A DNA stretch of 64,000 nucleotides, from the NCBI GenBank assembly GCA_965209155.1, contig OZ242383.1, positions 3,392,001 through 3,456,000 of the forward strand, in the 5' to 3' direction. The position numbers and the translations under genes were made by a program. Every line of letters starts with the position of its first letter. Positions within the stretch are counted from its first letter, which is position 1. Below, piece after piece: positions 59,190 through 64,000 of this stretch. Under the pieces are notes generated by a model that worked only from the letters and a program-made list of their open reading frames with translations, was not told the DNA's origin and did no database searches. This DNA comes from a bacterium (GTDB lineage Bacteria > SAR324 > NAC60-12).

Positions 59190-59933
59190 TTGGAAGTTCC
59201 CGATTTACTGATCATGTTTGTGCGCTATCCCAGGATAGGCGCTGTGAAAACCAGGATGACCCAACATGAACACTCTCCAAATCCTTTATCTCCTCATGAA
59301 ACCCTTGAGTTGTACAAAGCGTTCTTAGCCGACTGGATCCCCCGTCTGAAAACAGGGGCGGGTTTTGATTTGCGGATTATGTTGGGAGGAGCGCAAAGAG
59401 AGGAAATGGAAGCATTTCGCCGGCGTTATTCCTTGCATCCTTCTCAACTGAAACAGATGCCCGCTACCCCGAGTGACCTGGGCGCTTTGATGGAACATTG
59501 CTTCGAGCAGGGTTTCCATGAAGGATATACCGGTATCGCATTGATAGGCAGTGATGCGCCTCAAATTCCGATGCTGCGCATCCGGCGAGTTTTTGAAAAT
59601 TTGAAAAAGACTCCCATCGTGATTGGCCCCGACAATGGGGGAGGTATGTACCTGATCGCCTGTTCCCGTCCTTTGGGAATCATGAAAAAAGGCATCACCT
59701 GGGGTCAGGGATTGGACCTGCAAGCAATCCTCCACCGTTGTCAGCGCCAGGCGATTGCTTACCAGCTTCTTCCGGTGGAGATAGACCTGGATACCAGCGA
59801 CGATTTGATAGACTGGTACGACATGCGGCATTCCATCAATGCGGAAGCTTCAACCTTCAAAGATGCTTGCCCGCATACGCTTTCCTTCGTCGAACAATGG
59901 ATGAGCGCACTTTCTCACAGAGGACGGGAATAG
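59190..59933 (+). CDS. DUF2064 / TIGR04282-like glycosyltransferase-fold protein
   Basis: PRIGAVKTRM, DLGALM, IGSDAP, GPDNGGGMYLI, DLDTSDDL. Confidence 0.8.
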   Translation: MEVPDLLIMFVRYPRIGAVKTRMTQHEHSPNPLSPHETLELYKAFLADWIPRLKTGAGFDLRIMLGGAQREEMEAFRRRYSLHPSQLKQMPATPSDLGALMEHCFEQGFHEGYTGIALIGSDAPQIPMLRIRRVFENLKKTPIVIGPDNGGGMYLIACSRPLGIMKKGITWGQGLDLQAILHRCQRQAIAYQLLPVEIDLDTSDDLIDWYDMRHSINAEASTFKDACPHTLSFVEQWMSALSHRGRE

Positions 59934-60610
59934 TAGAGCTGGTAGATTTTTTTGCTGCTCATTCCCAAAAAGTTGAGCAAGAGGACTTTATTCATCAGCC
60001 ATAAATAACGATAAAATCCCAATTGATGAAACTTACGGGATGAGGGAAAAATTGGCGCGTTGATGAAGCGGAAACTGAAAGGTTTCAAGAAATGGTTTAT
60101 TTTCAGATCTTCGAGGATATATTCTTGAGGGAAGCCTCCAATCGCTTCAAACACATGTCTGCGCACGCACAAACCCTGGTCTCCATAAATGATTTTCAGG
60201 TAACGGCTTCTCGCATTGGAAAATTTTTCCAGGAGGCGGAATTTCCAGGAATTTTCCGGAAATCGGATTCTGAAACAGGAGTAATCACAACGCACTTCAC
60301 GCCACAGTGATCGCAGGGCCTCCACTGCCTGAGCCGAAATCAAAGTATCGGCAGGTAAAAAGAGAACACTTTCCGCTTGAATGTGCGCAGCCCCCGTATT
60401 CCAACATTGCCCTCGAGAAAAAAAGACTTCTGCAGGGACTTCGATTCGTTTGACGGAAAATTGCCGGCAAACTTGCTGGCATTCATCGCTGCTATGGTTG
60501 TCCACGATGACGATCTCTTCAAAACAAGCAGTCAACTCCGGTAGTGTTCGGGTCAATGCTTGGGCGTCGTTGCGTACCGAAATGACGACACCCGGAAGGG
60601 AATTAAGCAT
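59915..60610 (-). CDS. GT2 family, TIGR04283-like glycosyltransferase
   Basis: IVIVDNHS, SRGQCWNTGA, FLPADT, YGDQGL, GGFP..LED, SSRKF; start inferred. Confidence 0.8.
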   Translation of the reverse strand: MLNSLPGVVISVRNDAQALTRTLPELTACFEEIVIVDNHSSDECQQVCRQFSVKRIEVPAEVFFSRGQCWNTGAAHIQAESVLFLPADTLISAQAVEALRSLWREVRCDYSCFRIRFPENSWKFRLLEKFSNARSRYLKIIYGDQGLCVRRHVFEAIGGFPQEYILEDLKINHFLKPFSFRFINAPIFPSSRKFHQLGFYRYLWLMNKVLLLNFLGMSSKKIYQLYYSRPL

Positions 60611-60668
60611 AGGAATCGAATAGAATTTGAAAAGAAATCGATTGAGAAAAATGTCGATATATCGGGCT

Positions 60669-61664
60669 TCAGTTCTCCACGCTCGTTTCAGGGTCCCGGC
60701 GAAGGCGATATTCTCCACTATGGAGCAGGTAAGGAATCACCCCCAGTAGAAATACCGTCAATTGAACGATGATAAATAAATTGAAGATATCGGCCCCTTC
60801 GGAAATTCCCACGTAGCGGTAGAGCTCCCCGAATGCCAAATGTCCCACTCCCACCCCTCCGGGAGTAATGGGAAGGGCCACGACTATCAAGCCAAGAGGC
60901 ATTATGAAAAACTGAGTGGCCAGGTTCAGTTCTTCCACTCCCAGCATTCTGGCGATTTGAAAAAACAAAAAAGCAACGCTGCTGTGAAGTATTATGGACA
61001 TCAACAAAGTAACCACCAGAGTCAGTTTCTGGTGTTGGTAGATTTTGAACGCCCGGTATGCATTCACTGTCCATTTCTTTCCCGGTAAATTACTCAGCAA
61101 GCGCGCAAAGGGGTCGTTTTCTTCTTTGAAGGGAAAAATTACAATGACGTAAAATAAAATGGTAGCGGCAAACAACCCGCAGATCGTCCAAACTAAAGGA
61201 ATCAGCGCCGGTTGGCCGGCAATGAGGTTGAGGTTGAATACCAGCGCGAAAAAAGCCATCACAACCAGTCCGAATAAGCCTACGAAACGGTCTATCAACA
61301 CGGTTGCGAAGGCAGGTGTTTTCCCTTCCTTTTCCTGGGCTTGGATGATGTAGTATCCTTTGACCACATCACCGCTGACTGCGCCCGGGAGGGCGGTGTT
61401 GAAAAAATTTCCGATCCACGTCAAAAGATTGGCCCGCGTCCAGGGAACCGGCAAGCCGATCGCTCTCAGCAATAGCCACCAACGAAACGCTGCCAGGGGA
61501 ACTATCCAGAAAGTCAAAACTACCACTAATGTGAACAAGACCTCGGGATGCTCCCCGAACAACAACAAGCGCTCGAAATTCAAACGGTCATTGGCGATCA
61601 GGTAATAAAAAATCCCAACAACCAGCGCAAGTTTCAGCACATTGACAATTGTTTTTTTCCACAT
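60669..61664 (-). CDS. Lysylphosphatidylglycerol synthase TM / flippase-like membrane protein
   Basis: RWWLLL, GNFFNTALPGAVSGDVVK, DRFVGL, PITPGGVGV. Confidence 0.88.
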   Translation of the reverse strand: MWKKTIVNVLKLALVVGIFYYLIANDRLNFERLLLFGEHPEVLFTLVVVLTFWIVPLAAFRWWLLLRAIGLPVPWTRANLLTWIGNFFNTALPGAVSGDVVKGYYIIQAQEKEGKTPAFATVLIDRFVGLFGLVVMAFFALVFNLNLIAGQPALIPLVWTICGLFAATILFYVIVIFPFKEENDPFARLLSNLPGKKWTVNAYRAFKIYQHQKLTLVVTLLMSIILHSSVAFLFFQIARMLGVEELNLATQFFIMPLGLIVVALPITPGGVGVGHLAFGELYRYVGISEGADIFNLFIIVQLTVFLLGVIPYLLHSGEYRLRRDPETSVEN

Positions 61665-61803
61665 TTTATATTCTGAATCCGGCTGTCTCGTCTACAAGTG
61701 GAGCAGAAGTCTTGCTACAATCATGAATAGGTTCAAAATCAAAGTAATCCACATTGCCCGATTGATTTAGTGGAGCATTTCGTCGTGTTGTCATGCGCTT
61801 GAG

Positions 61804-62496
61804 TTAAAAATAAAGACTGACGATCCGCTTCTGGTTCCGGGCGAAGCAGCAAGCGCCTTTGAGTTGCAAAGGGGATTGTATCACTTTTCTGATTCGCGCG
61901 TTTGTGGAAAGCGCGTTCAATTCATCCCGAAGGTCACCTCCTTTGTAAGCATGCAATACCGCGCCAGGTGCGCGCAAGCCGCGTGTCCATTTTTCAAGAG
62001 ATTTCAAGGGAGCCACTGCTCGAGCCGTGAGGATGGAAAAACGCTTTTGGTAGTAGGATTGTTCCGCCAGTCGTTCTGCTCGACCCGCCACGGCCCATGC
62101 GTTGGTGAGCGCCAATTTTGCAATTATCTCCTGCACCATCCTTATTTTTTTCCCGGTTCCGTCAATTAACGTGAAACGGGCGCCGGGACATGCGATGGCG
62201 AGAGCAATCCCTGGCAATCCTCCCCCGGTTCCAATATCACAAACTTCCGCGTTTTCGGGGATCTTGAAGAAAACAAGGAGAGCCAGGCTGTGCAATACAT
62301 GGTTTTCCCATATTCGAGCGTTGTCTTTCCTTGAAATCAAGTTGAGTTGTTGGTTGGCCTCGATCAGCAGGGTCACCCACTTTTGCAGTTGCATCCATTG
62401 CCGACTATCGAGGCGAATTCGATTGGCTTGCAAAATGGATTGAACGAAGGATTGTGACTTTCCTGGTTCGGTGCTGCTCCCGCTCTCGGTTTTCAT
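61804..62496 (-). CDS. rsmG: 16S rRNA m7G527 methyltransferase
   Basis: NLISR, HVLHSL, DIGTGGGLPGI, RAE, ARAVA, YKG. Confidence 0.93.
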   Translation of the reverse strand: MKTESGSSTEPGKSQSFVQSILQANRIRLDSRQWMQLQKWVTLLIEANQQLNLISRKDNARIWENHVLHSLALLVFFKIPENAEVCDIGTGGGLPGIALAIACPGARFTLIDGTGKKIRMVQEIIAKLALTNAWAVAGRAERLAEQSYYQKRFSILTARAVAPLKSLEKWTRGLRAPGAVLHAYKGGDLRDELNALSTNARIRKVIQSPLQLKGACCFARNQKRIVSLYF

Positions 62497-62531
62497 GAGA
62501 TTCTTGCGATGTTTTTTATATCATCATAGCG

Positions 62532-63278
62532 CTACAACCCGTAACATTCTTGTAACTGCGGGTGGTGAGGCCAGTCTTCTTCCAGCATCTTCAATCCTGC
62601 CATAGTACCAATATCCTTCCAATACGCCTTTCCGATGTCGAAAGAACGGATAGGGAAGATTTTTTCGCTCAAATGCAGGTAAGTTTCAATGATTGAAAAT
62701 CGCCCGGATTGCTCGATCAGGGGAAAAATCCGGTGATGGATTACATGAATGCCGCAGAAGGCGAGTTCTTTGAGACTGCCCCGTGGTTTGCGCAACAGGC
62801 GATATTCAGCTCTGTCATAGTAATGGATACCACAAATAAAATTTTCCTCATCAACCAGGAACTTGGTCCGGCTCATACGGTCCTGGGTGAGAAGCGTTGC
62901 CAGATCCAGTCGAGATTGGTGTTGATGGTAGACTTGCAAGAGATCTGTCGAAGAAAATACGTCCACGTTGTGTAAATAAAAAGATTGATTCCGCCAATAA
63001 TCTTTCGTATTGAGGAGCCCCCCTCCCGTGTCGAGTATTTGCGGTTCTGGGAACAACGTGATTGCGGGAAAAGCAGGACGCTGTTGGACAAAGGTCTCGA
63101 CCTGGCCGGCATAGGAATGGGTATTGATGGCAATCGAATCCACCCCGATTTTTTGTAACCGTCGGATCTGCCATTCCAGTGCCGGTTTTTGCATAAGGGG
63201 AACAAGCGCCTTGGGCAGTGAATCGGTCAAGGGTCGCAACCGGGTTCCCAATCCTGCCGCTAAAATCATTGCTTGCAT
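62532..63278 (-). CDS. Nucleotidyltransferase (MurU/mannose-1-P guanylyltransferase-like)
   Basis: AMILAAGLGTRLRPLT..PKAL, LDTGGGL, WKDIGT. Confidence 0.88.
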   Translation of the reverse strand: MQAMILAAGLGTRLRPLTDSLPKALVPLMQKPALEWQIRRLQKIGVDSIAINTHSYAGQVETFVQQRPAFPAITLFPEPQILDTGGGLLNTKDYWRNQSFYLHNVDVFSSTDLLQVYHQHQSRLDLATLLTQDRMSRTKFLVDEENFICGIHYYDRAEYRLLRKPRGSLKELAFCGIHVIHHRIFPLIEQSGRFSIIETYLHLSEKIFPIRSFDIGKAYWKDIGTMAGLKMLEEDWPHHPQLQECYGL

Positions 63279-63389
63279 GGGTTCCTGCTAGTGGGAAAAA
63301 CGTTTGACTTTTGTAATTCTGTATTGAGGCGAGAGGCGAATTGTGTTCGGGAATCATACTTTAGGGCGGCTCTCTTTTCGACGTTCGGT

Positions 63390-63454
63390 AGGAAGCGAAA
63401 TTCCCAGACCGTTTCTTCAATAGGCGGGGATTTGTAGCGGCGTCGCGTACTCAT
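63390..63454 (-). pseudogene. 5-prime relic resembling the TIGR04255-family N-terminus
   Basis: GGAGG RBS then MSTRRRYKSPPIEETVWEFRF; resemblance ends after ~21 codons. Confidence 0.45.
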
Positions 63455-63567
63455 TTCCGTCCTCCACAATCCATTCGTTACGAACTCAGCACAGTGCTGA
63501 GACCGTGCTGCATGCCGAACCGCGCTTGCAGCGATCCTTGCATCGTCGAAATAGATTCCCCGTTTGG

Positions 63568-64000
63568 TCAAAATCGATCGGCGACGATGTTCAGGGCAAC
63601 ACCATGCTCAAGGTACGCCTTGGCTGCCGCGAGAACGAGAGCAAAGCCGCCCGTCGAATCTACAACTCGGTCAATCACGTCATCGGCGTCACTATCGAAG
63701 CCACTATTGACGACACTGACATACGTCCCGTCGGCCCCACGATCTTCGAAAGCCCACTCGACCCGCGTTGGATTTTCCGAATCAACATCCCATTCAATGT
63801 AGATCCGCTTATCTTGCTCCAATGCCAACACGCGAACCGTCGTCGAAGCCTCGTACAGATCCCAGTACCATTTCACCAAGCCATCAGCTACTAACGGCCC
63901 GGAAGTACGGTTAAACCAAAACTTCGTAACCACATCCGGATTCACGAAGGCGTCAAACACTTGCGCCACAGGGCGACGAATGAGCAACTCGATTTTCGCA
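63568..64000 (-). CDS. SRPBCC/AHSA1 (START-like) domain protein; start may lie beyond the window
   Basis: IRRPVAQVFDAFVNP..KFWF, GTYVSV..GF, DSTGGF..LKAYLEHG-like end. Confidence 0.85.
   Translation of the reverse strand, partial: AKIELLIRRPVAQVFDAFVNPDVVTKFWFNRTSGPLVADGLVKWYWDLYEASTTVRVLALEQDKRIYIEWDVDSENPTRVEWAFEDRGADGTYVSVVNSGFDSDADDVIDRVVDSTGGFALVLAAAKAYLEHGVALNIVADRF

Noticed and set aside
63500..63567. Possible attC after the SRPBCC gene (minus strand ..GCGCGGTTCGGC)
   Set aside because: Inner arms do not pair convincingly
1..64000. CRISPR array, tRNA or rRNA genes
   Set aside because: No regularly spaced repeat-spacer series, tRNA arm motifs or rRNA-like stretch recognised by eye; a covariance-model scan could still find small RNAs

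Overview
Bacterial chromosomal window. Gene content suggests a deltaproteobacterial/SAR324-like aquatic heterotroph, but this is an unverified inference. Housekeeping blocks are ACBP-gatA-dut, thrS-asnS, aat, potADBC-type ABC, hemA-hemC, pgsA, hisB-hisH-ndk, rsgA, rsmG and cell-envelope genes. Interleaved accessory DNA: (i) a visibly AT-rich 9-gene uptake/catabolic operon (2185-12565) with a threonine-synthase-like PLP enzyme, AstE/AspA deacylase, Gfo/Idh/MocA oxidoreductase, amidohydrolase and a complete Dpp/Opp ABC system, for an unknown substrate; (ii) four stand-alone Fe(II)/2-oxoglutarate dioxygenases, one SdpA-like; (iii) a COG4337/iota-carbonic-anhydrase-like lipoprotein; (iv) a 23.7-31 kb plasticity zone with gene relics, two direct copies of an IS200-type element (one internally deleted, one with a QVH instead of HUH motif) and an Rpn/YhgA gene with a probable intragenic antitoxin start; (v) three copies of a ~187-bp MITE carrying nested REP-like palindromes, the two complete copies with terminal inverted repeats and 8-9-bp target duplications. 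No rRNA, tRNA or CRISPR array was recognised.
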